This document shows, one piece after another, positions 17,072-25,762 of a stretch of 64,000 nt of DNA; the first letter of the stretch is position 1; each line of letters begins with the position of its first letter. This stretch comes from a virus. The notes under the pieces were generated by a model, which saw only the letters and a list, made by a program, of their open reading frames with translations, was not told the DNA's origin and did no database searches. The position numbers were made by a program, and so were the translations under genes. The stretch is from the IMG/VR virus record IMGVR_UViG_3300046168_000050; one strand, 5' to 3'.

Positions 17072-17302
17072 TTATGCAGCATTAGCGGATTCCTCCATTT
17101 TAATTTCAGTCATCCAAATATCATGTTCAACTTCCATATCAGCTTCTATACGCTCAATATTTTGCTGAAGATCATCTACAATGTCAAGCAGTTCAATTAA
17201 AACAGTGGCACGGCTATGACCAAAATTATGAGAACGACGAACGATGCTCATCAATTTCTTTCTCATCATTATTGCATCTTGAATATCATTTACCATAATC
17301 AT
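17072..17302 (-). CDS. hypothetical early protein
   Basis: TAATG coupling to upstream gene. Confidence 0.6.
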   Translation of the reverse strand: MIMVNDIQDAIMMRKKLMSIVRRSHNFGHSRATVLIELLDIVDDLQQNIERIEADMEVEHDIWMTEIKMEESANAA

Positions 17303-17703
17303 TACGCTACTTCCTCCATTTTGTAAATTAAATTAGCTGCTGACATTTCAGGCTTAAATCCGATTGCAACAAAACCATAGTTAGCTACAACCATTACATT
17401 ACCTTCTACATCAACGATGATATCACCGACTGAAAGTGAAGACATACGTGAGAAACGTGTAATCGCTGACTCAGGGCCAATGTTCCCGATTTCAAAGCAA
17501 TGCTCAGGAGTTTCAGCACGAATATCAGAAACATGAGTATAAAGGCCATCTGTGAGAGCTTGATCAGCAATACCAGAAATGTTATTACCGCTGAAATCAA
17601 AGTTCATCTCAGTTTTAGCTTCGCGCTTAGCATTAGTTTCGCCAGCGTTGATAGCTTCGATATCTGTGTCAGAGTATTGAATTTGCCAAACTGTAAAAAT
17701 CAT
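17302..17703 (-). CDS. hypothetical early protein
   Basis: AGGAG RBS; SLSVGDIIV motif; directly after early promoter. Confidence 0.7.
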   Translation of the reverse strand: MIFTVWQIQYSDTDIEAINAGETNAKREAKTEMNFDFSGNNISGIADQALTDGLYTHVSDIRAETPEHCFEIGNIGPESAITRFSRMSSLSVGDIIVDVEGNVMVVANYGFVAIGFKPEMSAANLIYKMEEVA

Positions 17704-17728
17704 GTCATTATCTCCTTATGATATAACC

Positions 17729-17757
17729 ATACTACACTGTTCCAAATCGTTTGTACA
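17729..17757 (-). promoter_or_regulatory. early promoter TGTACA-17-TAGTAT
   Basis: Recurrent motif. Confidence 0.75.
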
Positions 17758-17807
17758 CAGTTAATTGCGGCCCAACCGCATTTTGTTTTTATTTAAAAAC
17801 AATAACT

Positions 17808-17815
17808 TATAAATA
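17808..17815 (+). promoter_or_regulatory. T4 late promoter TATAAATA
   Basis: Exact consensus ahead of GGAGG RBS of 17837 gene. Confidence 0.7.
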
Positions 17816-17836
17816 TCGTTAATATGGAGGAATGAA

Positions 17837-18319
17837 ATGATAGATCCGATCACGGCAATTAGTGCTGCGACGGCTGCTTTCAATGGTGTGAAGAAACTCG
17901 TGGCTGCTGGCCGGGATATAGAAGATGTTGTTGGTCAATTAGGAAAGTGGTATGGCGCCGCAGCAGATTTAAGTAGAGCTGAACAGCAGAGGAAAAATCC
18001 TCCAATGTTTAGCAGATTATTCATGAGTGGTTCAGTCGAAGAAGAGGCGCTGGCCATTATAGTTCAAAAAAAGAAATTAGAAGAGCAAGAGAAAACTTTA
18101 CAAGAGTTATTAAACCATAGATTTGGTTATGGCACTTGGAAAGAAATGGTAGAATTACGTCGAAAGATTAGAAAAGAGCGTGAAGAAACCGTATATAAAC
18201 AGCAAGAAAAACGTCAGGCATTTCAAGAAGGATTACTCTTAATTTTTTTAGTCGCCGCCGGCTTTGCTATTGTAGGCGGTACTACTTTTATGGTAGGTTT
18301 GGGAGCCGGATGGTGGTAG
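17837..18319 (+). CDS. membrane protein (MIDPIT-type, C-terminal TM)
   Basis: GGAGG RBS, late promoter, coiled coil plus TM. Confidence 0.75.
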   Translation: MIDPITAISAATAAFNGVKKLVAAGRDIEDVVGQLGKWYGAAADLSRAEQQRKNPPMFSRLFMSGSVEEEALAIIVQKKKLEEQEKTLQELLNHRFGYGTWKEMVELRRKIRKEREETVYKQQEKRQAFQEGLLLIFLVAAGFAIVGGTTFMVGLGAGWW

Positions 18320-19336
18320 CTACATCATAAAGGCTTCTAACGATTGTTGTGCTACTGGAGGATTTCCTTGCCTTTGTTCCCAGCCAGATTCCCACCCGGA
18401 TGCATTAGCTAGTGTTGAAGGAATATGATCAAACGTGCCGTTGCCACGTGGGACATAGTTTTGCCCAAATCTGACAAAGTCACACATCACATCTTCTAAA
18501 TCTTTTGGTTTGCCGCCAGTTCTTTCACGAAGTAAATCCATAAAGTTATCAGCTTTCCAACCACCAGATAGTTTTTTCATGCAGCGTACTGCATTATTTC
18601 CTAAATATGTGTGTGAATCAACGTCACCATGTTCAGGGAAATAGTCAGAACAATCCATAGAAAAGGCCGCATATTGAAAGTTAAATTTTCTATGGCCGTT
18701 CGCTGCATTATGTGTATTAAGAAAGTCAACTATTTCTTTATGTCCACGCTTTTCTTTTAAGAAGAAATCAGTAAATCTGTTCATAAGATCAGGTAATTCT
18801 TTTACCATAAAGTCTACATTAGACGTTCCTTTTTTTGGTGCAGGAGGCTGATTACCTATTGATGTAAACAGCGGTTTACCTGATGCCTTTGTTTGCACTA
18901 GGTCTTCTGACATATCTTGAACATCACGGTGTTTTCCCCAATGCTGTACTATATTATTACGATAACCATGATCGTTTTCAAATGATGCACCAGACCCTGT
19001 AATTCTGTGACACATAAAAACATATAACCACGTTTTAATATCCCACTGAATATTATCATTCGCTGCTGATATTTTTCTTCTATCCTTTTTCTGCCAGCGC
19101 CACTTCGGAGTCTTAGAACCAAATCTTAAGTCCTGTAGTACATTTGAAAAGCCAGCAGCATTTCGTGTTTTACAGTCGTAGATATCAATCTTCTGCATCA
19201 GAGGATCGTTAACAATTTTATTTGCCTCTGGACCTTCATAATCAAGCTCTCCCCAGTTTACATTATCTTGAAGCCAGCCAGCTTTTGGATAATAATAATT
19301 GACAAGAACATCGATTGCTTCTTCATTAAGCCACAT
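18320..19336 (-). CDS. amino acid:DNA transferase (aGPT-PPlase clade 2-like)
   Basis: IDIYD..R..AGFS, WLYVF..HRITGSG...DHGYRN, FTSIGNQPP; context next to PLP enzyme. Confidence 0.7.
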   Translation of the reverse strand: MWLNEEAIDVLVNYYYPKAGWLQDNVNWGELDYEGPEANKIVNDPLMQKIDIYDCKTRNAAGFSNVLQDLRFGSKTPKWRWQKKDRRKISAANDNIQWDIKTWLYVFMCHRITGSGASFENDHGYRNNIVQHWGKHRDVQDMSEDLVQTKASGKPLFTSIGNQPPAPKKGTSNVDFMVKELPDLMNRFTDFFLKEKRGHKEIVDFLNTHNAANGHRKFNFQYAAFSMDCSDYFPEHGDVDSHTYLGNNAVRCMKKLSGGWKADNFMDLLRERTGGKPKDLEDVMCDFVRFGQNYVPRGNGTFDHIPSTLANASGWESGWEQRQGNPPVAQQSLEAFMM

Positions 19337-20210
19337 TCTTAACCCAGTCTCTATAGGAATCAATACTATCAGGAAGATTTTTATTTTGCAGTACAGGCTC
19401 TTTACCTACGTTCCACATTAATATATTCTTGCCTGAATTTTTTGGAATGTATTTCCATACTTTGCCATCATATGTATCTATAGTCGGAAATGGTGGCAAG
19501 TTTTCTTTTTTCTCTGTAGCTGTAAATGCCAAAGGCTCTGACACAGCTTTGGCTGTACCCAGTTCCCCTGCCTTCATATTACGAGATACACAAACAGATG
19601 TAAACTTGGCATTTGGCCAAGCTATTTGTAATGCACGAGTAAGAACACCGGTGGATGTTGCAACATATACCTCATCAGGCGGATCAATTGCCATAGCACT
19701 TTTTACAATACCAGCGGTTACCATTTCGTGTTTTAAGCCCAATGGAACAAAATAAGCGTCTTTGTTTTTACTGGCCCATTTTTGTGCAATCAAGTTTAAA
19801 TTAGGCATTGCTGCTATTCGGTGAAATTCTGCAGAAGCTCCTCGCTCAATGCAACAGGCTTGGTGATCGGAAATGCGTTTGGAGGAAGGCATAAACAGCT
19901 TAACATTTTTTCCGTGTCTTTTGGCCACATCAAGTATACTAACACCAGCAAGACCAGTGCGAGGCTGAACATATACGATAGTACGGATATGATCAGGGAG
20001 AGAAGATATGAGACAATCCCCGCCACGAACCTTACTGCCAGTAATATAATCATCGCGAACAACACGTACACCAGAGTGTTCAGTGACAATAGGTTCTCCA
20101 TATGGATCCTCCCAATCTTTTGCAAGTTCTAAATAGTATTCTTTTGGATCGCCGTATAATGCCGGAATATCTTTATTAATGCCATCAATTACATGATTAT
20201 TATGTGCCAT
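19326..20210 (-). CDS. PLP-dependent enzyme (fold type II)
   Basis: VVRDD..GSKVR, ATSTGVL, PTIDTYDGKVW, WNVG. Confidence 0.75.
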   Translation of the reverse strand: MAHNNHVIDGINKDIPALYGDPKEYYLELAKDWEDPYGEPIVTEHSGVRVVRDDYITGSKVRGGDCLISSLPDHIRTIVYVQPRTGLAGVSILDVAKRHGKNVKLFMPSSKRISDHQACCIERGASAEFHRIAAMPNLNLIAQKWASKNKDAYFVPLGLKHEMVTAGIVKSAMAIDPPDEVYVATSTGVLTRALQIAWPNAKFTSVCVSRNMKAGELGTAKAVSEPLAFTATEKKENLPPFPTIDTYDGKVWKYIPKNSGKNILMWNVGKEPVLQNKNLPDSIDSYRDWVKNVA

Positions 20211-21145
20211 TACATAAAACTTTCTAATGTATTTTCTGAAATGCCCCAGTTCATACGACGATAGTACATCGGATTAAGATGAACTGACTGAGGTTTTTCC
20301 ATTCTTTCTGCAGCATAACGCTCTTCATCCATGTCATACCACGCTTGAGGTGCTTTTACTAATTTCATTCCATAGATTTTCATACAGCCTTCCATATTCC
20401 AAGCTGCTAACATTCTTTCGCCTCTATCTCCCCAAAATGGTTTGCCTTTATAGTAACCAGTTTTAGGCAGCTTACGGTCTTCGAATTCAATAGGCCATGG
20501 TACGGCATATTCTACTTCAATACCAAGACTTCTACCAAAATCAGAATAAGCTTCTACCATTTTATAGATGTCAGTTTGAACCCTGCACAGATGGTGGCGC
20601 ACATCAATATTACCAAGAGATATAGTAACACCTTTATGATGTGGTTTGATATGAGATCTGATATATGCAAAGTCTTCTTTGATCTGACCGAACAATGTAG
20701 TCCCATCTTGTTTGACTACACTTGAATTCTTCGGGGCGTATGCGCACACGTGGCTATCACCAATCGCTAACCATTCGTGTGGTAAATCGCTACCTACAAG
20801 AGACTTAGCTTCAGAAAGCTTCTCAGTTATAGCATCACACCATACTTTATCTATAACGTCTTTTCGCTTCTTTAACTGAGCGCCATAGTCAACTGGAGGA
20901 CCGTCAAGCACTGTTATTGTTTCTGATGCAAGTAAGTTATCAATCCAATCCTTAATAACTTCAGTAAAACCTCCCATAAGATTAATGCTTCCGCCAAAGT
21001 TAGCACCAGGCAAAAGATATACATCTTTATGCTTTCCATTCGTGTGGTCAATAGGTACGCCAAGATTTTCTGACCAAGTCCTGGCATAACCATAGCTATG
21101 GCTCGATTCTTTCTTTGGTATTTTACTAAAGGTTCCGACTATCAT
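20210..21145 (-). CDS. SGNH/GDSL-like domain protein in DNA modification cluster
   Basis: IGDSH, GTT, LGNID, SVHL blocks. Confidence 0.5.
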   Translation of the reverse strand: MIVGTFSKIPKKESSHSYGYARTWSENLGVPIDHTNGKHKDVYLLPGANFGGSINLMGGFTEVIKDWIDNLLASETITVLDGPPVDYGAQLKKRKDVIDKVWCDAITEKLSEAKSLVGSDLPHEWLAIGDSHVCAYAPKNSSVVKQDGTTLFGQIKEDFAYIRSHIKPHHKGVTISLGNIDVRHHLCRVQTDIYKMVEAYSDFGRSLGIEVEYAVPWPIEFEDRKLPKTGYYKGKPFWGDRGERMLAAWNMEGCMKIYGMKLVKAPQAWYDMDEERYAAERMEKPQSVHLNPMYYRRMNWGISENTLESFM

Positions 21146-21582
21146 TCTACAAACTCATATGTTATACCTGCTTCGTTGAACAATATTTCTGAGTGGCCCC
21201 AAGATTTTTTCCAATTTTCTTTTATTTCCTGCTTCGGCATAACAACGCGCTTAATACCTACTTGAATCACGCCTTTTGCACACTCAGAGCACACAGGCAA
21301 ACCAGTGACATATATTGTGGATTGATCTAAAGACACGCCGTTATATGTGGCGTTATAGATCAAGTTTTGTTCGGCATGTACGATATATTGGTACTTAAGT
21401 TCTCTATCATTTAAGCGCGCGCCGCCATCAAATATGCCTCGAGGGAATCCATTATATCCTTGTGCTAAAACCTGACCTTTAGATCCTACGGCTACCGCGC
21501 CAATTTGCGACGATGGATCTTTAGACCAGGTTCCTACTGTTCTAGCAAGCTCTAAGTAACGAAGATCCCATTTATTACTCAT
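21142..21582 (-). CDS. cd: dCMP deaminase
   Basis: GYNG, HAEQN, PVCSEC. Confidence 0.9.
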   Translation of the reverse strand: MSNKWDLRYLELARTVGTWSKDPSSQIGAVAVGSKGQVLAQGYNGFPRGIFDGGARLNDRELKYQYIVHAEQNLIYNATYNGVSLDQSTIYVTGLPVCSECAKGVIQVGIKRVVMPKQEIKENWKKSWGHSEILFNEAGITYEFVE

Positions 21583-22283
21583 CGCACTAACTCAAAGTGC
21601 CGCTCATACACATGAAGATTTTGAACCTGCCAGATCATCATACCAGGCTCAATGGCTGTACCATTTCCATTTGAAGTACGTTCAAAGCGTCTGAAATTAT
21701 AATCATCACACAATTTTTGTACTACGTGCATTTGCCATGCATTATCATTCTTATATCCGAAGACCACATCATTAGATCTCATTTGCACAACAGAATGTAG
21801 TAGGCCGTCACGAACATAATACGTGACTGCATTAGTACAAATAAAATCATTCTTGCCATTATCTTTATAGTCTACCCAGATATTAGGGCGGTTGTAGACC
21901 ATAGTGGCGCGTCTACCATCAGGATGTTCTAAAAGCTCTGTCAGTACATTATCATATTGATTGTGATATGAGTCACTAAAAATAAGTTTGCCATAGTTAG
22001 AATTAATTTCACCATGATGGTTGGCAGCATACTTCCATGCATCAGGCGGACCTCGATGCTCACCATAAATGTCATTAATATTAGTTGACATATTATGATA
22101 CCATAATAATTCTTGGTTAATATATCCTTGATTTGGCTGTCCGAAGATTGAAGGTTCAGTTGCAACAAATGACGCGCCGATCAATTCAATAGTCTTAGCG
22201 CCGGTTTTATCTATAGTGAATGCTTCATCATTGAGCTCACCTATAAAAAACCGGCGGATATCTTCTACGCTATCCATTCTCAT
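21579..22283 (-). CDS. 42: dCMP hydroxymethylase (T4 gp42-like, thymidylate synthase fold)
   Basis: GEINSNYG, DFICT, MRSNDVVFGYKND, LHVYERHF. Confidence 0.8.
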   Translation of the reverse strand: MRMDSVEDIRRFFIGELNDEAFTIDKTGAKTIELIGASFVATEPSIFGQPNQGYINQELLWYHNMSTNINDIYGEHRGPPDAWKYAANHHGEINSNYGKLIFSDSYHNQYDNVLTELLEHPDGRRATMVYNRPNIWVDYKDNGKNDFICTNAVTYYVRDGLLHSVVQMRSNDVVFGYKNDNAWQMHVVQKLCDDYNFRRFERTSNGNGTAIEPGMMIWQVQNLHVYERHFELVR

Positions 22284-22600
22284 TATTCATCTCCTGTTAT
22301 ATAGCGATCATCCATATGATGATGCCCATCTGATATGTGCTGCATTAGTATCATTAATTGTGTGGTGGCGTGTGCAAGATGACTATAGCCTGATTCAGGA
22401 TCTAGATCTTCACCATTCCAGAATGAATTAAGGTGGCGTTGAATAGACGAATATGTACGAGACCATTCTGTACAATGTCCGTCATCACGCCAGTTATTAG
22501 TACCATATTTATTAGCGCCAAAGCCAAGTACTTCTGCAACTTGGGTCAGCGAATCAATGGGTACTAGTGCGTGCGGGGCTTTTCCATTATCATATTTCAT
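22283..22600 (-). CDS. dATP/dGTP diphosphohydrolase-domain protein (DUF5664-like)
   Basis: KYDNGK, FGANKYG..NW, RHL..F..GEDLDPESG.SHLAHA. Confidence 0.8.
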   Translation of the reverse strand: MKYDNGKAPHALVPIDSLTQVAEVLGFGANKYGTNNWRDDGHCTEWSRTYSSIQRHLNSFWNGEDLDPESGYSHLAHATTQLMILMQHISDGHHHMDDRYITGDE

Positions 22601-22602
22601 AA

Positions 22603-23040
22603 TTATATTCTATCATATTCTAGTGGATATGTAAACCTATTATTTTTATTAATATGTTTTAGTGCATCTTTTGCATCAATATAATCTAAGATTTTATACT
22701 CGACTACTTGGTTTTCTTCAAGAGGACCAGGCCATGGTCTAGACCACATCCAAATTCCAAGTTTATCAATGCGGCCATTGCGTATTTGTTTTTGAATATA
22801 TTCTGATACATGAACACCAGACTTAGAATACATCTTATAGTCAATGGATCCAAGCATCTGATGATATGTATCATATTCATAGCCATCATACAAAGTCTGA
22901 AACTGATCAACCTTTGCTTGATGGAATTCTACGAATTCAGAATCCCACCGAAAATAAGGGTTCGGTCGATTATCTTCGTTGATTTTTTCGTCACGCTGAA
23001 TAATAAAAGCTTTGTCGACCTTAGCTTTAAAGTGTGTCAT
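22603..23040 (-). CDS. hypothetical protein
   Basis: GGAG RBS; ORF. Confidence 0.65.
   Translation of the reverse strand: MTHFKAKVDKAFIIQRDEKINEDNRPNPYFRWDSEFVEFHQAKVDQFQTLYDGYEYDTYHQMLGSIDYKMYSKSGVHVSEYIQKQIRNGRIDKLGIWMWSRPWPGPLEENQVVEYKILDYIDAKDALKHINKNNRFTYPLEYDRI
22607..22635 (-). promoter_or_regulatory. promoter TTTACA-17-TAGAAT, apparently leaderless
   Basis: -10 ends 6 nt before ATG 22600. Confidence 0.55.
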
Positions 23041-23207
23041 ATTACTCCATTTTCCATAAGTTGAAAGATTTCAGTTGCAGTTGCATCAAACTCCTCTTGC
23101 GAAGATTGAGAGAAGTCAAAGCCAAGACCACCCATATTATCAAAGATTTTTTCTGCATGATCTAATGTGCAGTTAAACATTTTTTCAATTTCACGAATAT
23201 ACAACAT
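23037..23207 (-). CDS. small early protein (56 aa, not in ORF track)
   Basis: MLYIREIEKMFNC...GFDFSQSSQEEFD; GGAG RBS; ATGA overlap. Confidence 0.65.
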   Translation of the reverse strand: MLYIREIEKMFNCTLDHAEKIFDNMGGLGFDFSQSSQEEFDATATEIFQLMENGVI

Positions 23208-23232
23208 TTATTTTTCTCCATTTGATATAACT

Positions 23233-23261
23233 ATACTACACTATTACAAATAGTTTGTACA
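23233..23261 (-). promoter_or_regulatory. early promoter TGTACA-17-TAGTAT
   Basis: Recurrent motif. Confidence 0.75.
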
Positions 23262-23299
23262 TAAAAAAATGCGCCAAAGCGCATTTTAGTTTTGTTTGT

Positions 23300-23312
23300 A
23301 ATCAATAACTTA
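23300..23312 (+). promoter_or_regulatory. IHF-like site
   Basis: AATCAATAACTTA matches WATCAANNNNTTR; near-copy at 17797-17809. Confidence 0.5.
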
Positions 23313-23318
23313 GAATTT

Positions 23319-23801
23319 TTATCCAAATCTAGCTAAATATTGTCCTATTCGACCTACAAAAGGTAGAAGCATAAGAGCCATAAGTAAGTTCATTCCCGTA
23401 TGAGCCATAGCAATTCGTAGCGTATCACCTTTTGGCATTCCATCAGAAACAAATAAACCAGCTAACCATATTGTACCTGTCGTACCGATGTTAGCTCCGA
23501 GCACACAAGCAATAGCGGCGGGTAGAGGTAAAGCACCAGAAGCGACTAGTGCAATAATAGCAGTAGTAGATAGTGAAGACGATTGCCATAGCAATGTCAT
23601 GATGATTCCACCGAAGAACATATAGATCGGACTACCTAGAAACCAGTTAAGGTGTTCCATATTCCCCATAGATTTCATTCCACCTGAGAATGTCTTAAGT
23701 CCAATATAAAAAATGACCAGCCCAACAAGGGCTGTTATCATCGGGTTTCCTAGGTCCATTTTCTTTACCTTTTTCCAAAGTTTTTTACCTTCATTTTTCA
23801 T
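23319..23801 (-). CDS. Na+/Pi cotransporter-family protein (single repeat)
   Basis: QSSS and GANIGTT motifs, several TM helices. Confidence 0.85.
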   Translation of the reverse strand: MKNEGKKLWKKVKKMDLGNPMITALVGLVIFYIGLKTFSGGMKSMGNMEHLNWFLGSPIYMFFGGIIMTLLWQSSSLSTTAIIALVASGALPLPAAIACVLGANIGTTGTIWLAGLFVSDGMPKGDTLRIAMAHTGMNLLMALMLLPFVGRIGQYLARFG

Positions 23802-24214
23802 TAGACGATGCTCGGCAGATCGCCATGATTGCCTTCATGGGACGGCGGTGTCCAACCGCCTGGCTTTAATAAATCAGGTAAACCAAAACGATTAGGCCGA
23901 CCAGGTTTTACGCCAGGTTCTTTTGCCATATTGGCATCATAGATCTTATTCCATGCCTCATTAGCATCTACGCCCATTACATCAAGAGTGCCAATAGCAA
24001 ATACACACATATCAATTAGGCCGTCAACAACTTCTTCTGCATCAGAATTATTAATAGCAGACAGCGTCTCTTGGTACTCTTCACCAATCATAAGCATACG
24101 AAACATAAGATATTTCTGCATCAAAGTTTTGTCGCCACGATTAGCTTGAAACCAATCGTGTACACCAAACTTGTCGTGCATGTTTTTAATATCATTTACC
24201 CAATTGTCACTCAT
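23801..24214 (-). CDS. MazG-like/PRA-PH NTP pyrophosphohydrolase (dCTPase candidate)
   Basis: EEYQE...EEVVDGLID...ANMAK...DLLKP.GW..P. Confidence 0.8.
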   Translation of the reverse strand: MSDNWVNDIKNMHDKFGVHDWFQANRGDKTLMQKYLMFRMLMIGEEYQETLSAINNSDAEEVVDGLIDMCVFAIGTLDVMGVDANEAWNKIYDANMAKEPGVKPGRPNRFGLPDLLKPGGWTPPSHEGNHGDLPSIV

Positions 24215-24240
24215 TTAATTCTCCTTGTATCATATAGCAT

Positions 24241-24269
24241 ATTCTATCATATTTGTGAAATATTGTAAA
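24241..24269 (-). promoter_or_regulatory. promoter TTTACA-17-TAGAAT
   Basis: Recurrent motif variant. Confidence 0.65.
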
Positions 24270-24277
24270 CATCTAAT

Positions 24278-24721
24278 TTACGGCTTATACGTTTTACTTT
24301 TACCATTATGCTCATTACATGTCACACTTACAACACTGCACCTATCACCTGTTACATTTGCGGCAGTCTTACTAATTTCTTTATATGCCATATATGCAAA
24401 ATGTTCTGTACTAACTATAGGAACAATTTTGATTTGAGCCAGTCCTCTGCCTTCTAATAATTTAAATGTTTTAAGCTGAGGATCAGATTCTAATAAAATA
24501 ACCTTATACGCAAAATTATTTTCTAACCATTTGTTAAATGGTTTCAGCGCATTAAAATCTATTACTACCCCATTTGAATCTAGCTCATCACATGTAAAAT
24601 CTACGCTAAACGTTAATGAATAGCCATGTAAAAATTGATCGTACAGAGTTGAATTTAAATGTCTAAGGCACCCTTGTAATTCATTATTATACCCATAAGT
24701 TTTTGTACTATAGTAAGCCAA
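24278..24721 (-). CDS. QueD/PTPS-like protein, apparently degenerate active site
   Basis: YYSTKTYG, LHGYS, ELD.NG.VIDF..LK; lacks the usual Cys and first His region. Confidence 0.65.
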   Translation of the reverse strand: MAYYSTKTYGYNNELQGCLRHLNSTLYDQFLHGYSLTFSVDFTCDELDSNGVVIDFNALKPFNKWLENNFAYKVILLESDPQLKTFKLLEGRGLAQIKIVPIVSTEHFAYMAYKEISKTAANVTGDRCSVVSVTCNEHNGKSKTYKP

Positions 24722-24944
24722 GTTGTCCCTTCTCTAATTTTTTAATACCTAGAGCCCAGTTTTCAGCTGCCGATTCTACATACGATAAAGCTTTGCCAGG
24801 AAATTCTTCTTCAAACTTTAAAACATCATTTAGGCCGTTAAAGTATTTTATATAAAACATTTCATTCTTTGCGTCTATTTTTACTTCGCAATAGTCATCA
24901 GTGTCTGATTCGTCTTTGTAATACGTAGAGATTAATCGGCCCAT
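24708..24944 (-). CDS. hypothetical protein
   Basis: ISTYY...YVESAAENWALG. Confidence 0.65.
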   Translation of the reverse strand: MGRLISTYYKDESDTDDYCEVKIDAKNEMFYIKYFNGLNDVLKFEEEFPGKALSYVESAAENWALGIKKLEKGQLGLL

Positions 24945-24946
24945 TT

Positions 24947-25633
24947 TTATTCTCCTATAAAGTTTTGAATACTTGGATAAATTTGTCCTATAGCTTCAGC
25001 AACAGACAAGGCTAAGTCCATATGTTCTTTTTGTGTACCATTAGCAGATCTTAATTCAATATAATGAATCCATGACCTAATAGTACCATTTACATACACC
25101 CTTGAAACAGTATTTCCTTCGGGCAATACGGCCCTTGCCTGCTCTTTTGCGATACCATTATCTATAGCCCAACTATAGGCCATTTTAGCAGTTTCAATAA
25201 CTGCCATCTGTTTATTCGCCCATTCATCTTCAAGAGCCATATCATTATTTTCGACGCTGTTCTGGCGATTCTTAGGATCTTGTAACCTTGCATCTCTTAA
25301 GACGAAATCTGTATCTAAGTCTCTGATATCAGCATATCGCTGAGAGAATTCTTGAAACGAAAAGGATCTATGCCTTAGTAATTGTCTAGCAATATCACGT
25401 GTTGTTTCAATCTCAATGCACGCAGACGCCATTTCAAATGGGCTCCAATGCCGATGCTTAATTAAATAATCTAAAAGCTTAGCAGTTGTTTTAGTATTCG
25501 CCTGATTTGATGGATTAGAAACTCTTGCACAATATGCAACTAAATCTTGAATATTTTCAAGCCCCATAATCCCAGGTTCACCTGAGTGAACATGCTTTAC
25601 CGGCTGGCTATATGATATAAGACGGGTTTTCAT
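24947..25633 (-). CDS. thyX: flavin-dependent thymidylate synthase
   Basis: HWSPFE, RHRSFSFQEFSQRY, EQARAVLP. Confidence 0.95.
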   Translation of the reverse strand: MKTRLISYSQPVKHVHSGEPGIMGLENIQDLVAYCARVSNPSNQANTKTTAKLLDYLIKHRHWSPFEMASACIEIETTRDIARQLLRHRSFSFQEFSQRYADIRDLDTDFVLRDARLQDPKNRQNSVENNDMALEDEWANKQMAVIETAKMAYSWAIDNGIAKEQARAVLPEGNTVSRVYVNGTIRSWIHYIELRSANGTQKEHMDLALSVAEAIGQIYPSIQNFIGE

Positions 25634-25752
25634 TATTTGCCCTGTCCCCTATACTTTTTATATCCACGTTTTTTATGTTTATTCATCGATGCCATCTTAA
25701 CGTTTCTGCGGCCGATGCACGTCTTCTTTGAATTAGTAAAACCTTTTGCCAT
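25633..25752 (-). CDS. tiny basic protein (39 aa, not in ORF track)
   Basis: MAKGFTNSKKTCIG...SMNKHKKRGYKKYRGQGK; AAGGA RBS; TAATG coupling. Confidence 0.7.
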   Translation of the reverse strand: MAKGFTNSKKTCIGRRNVKMASMNKHKKRGYKKYRGQGK

Positions 25753-25762
25753 TATCTATTCC

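Noticed and set aside
22283-24721. 2-aminoadenine or 7-deazaguanine DNA system
   Set aside because: No PurZ, DpdA, FolE, QueE or QueC in the window, and QueD looks degenerate
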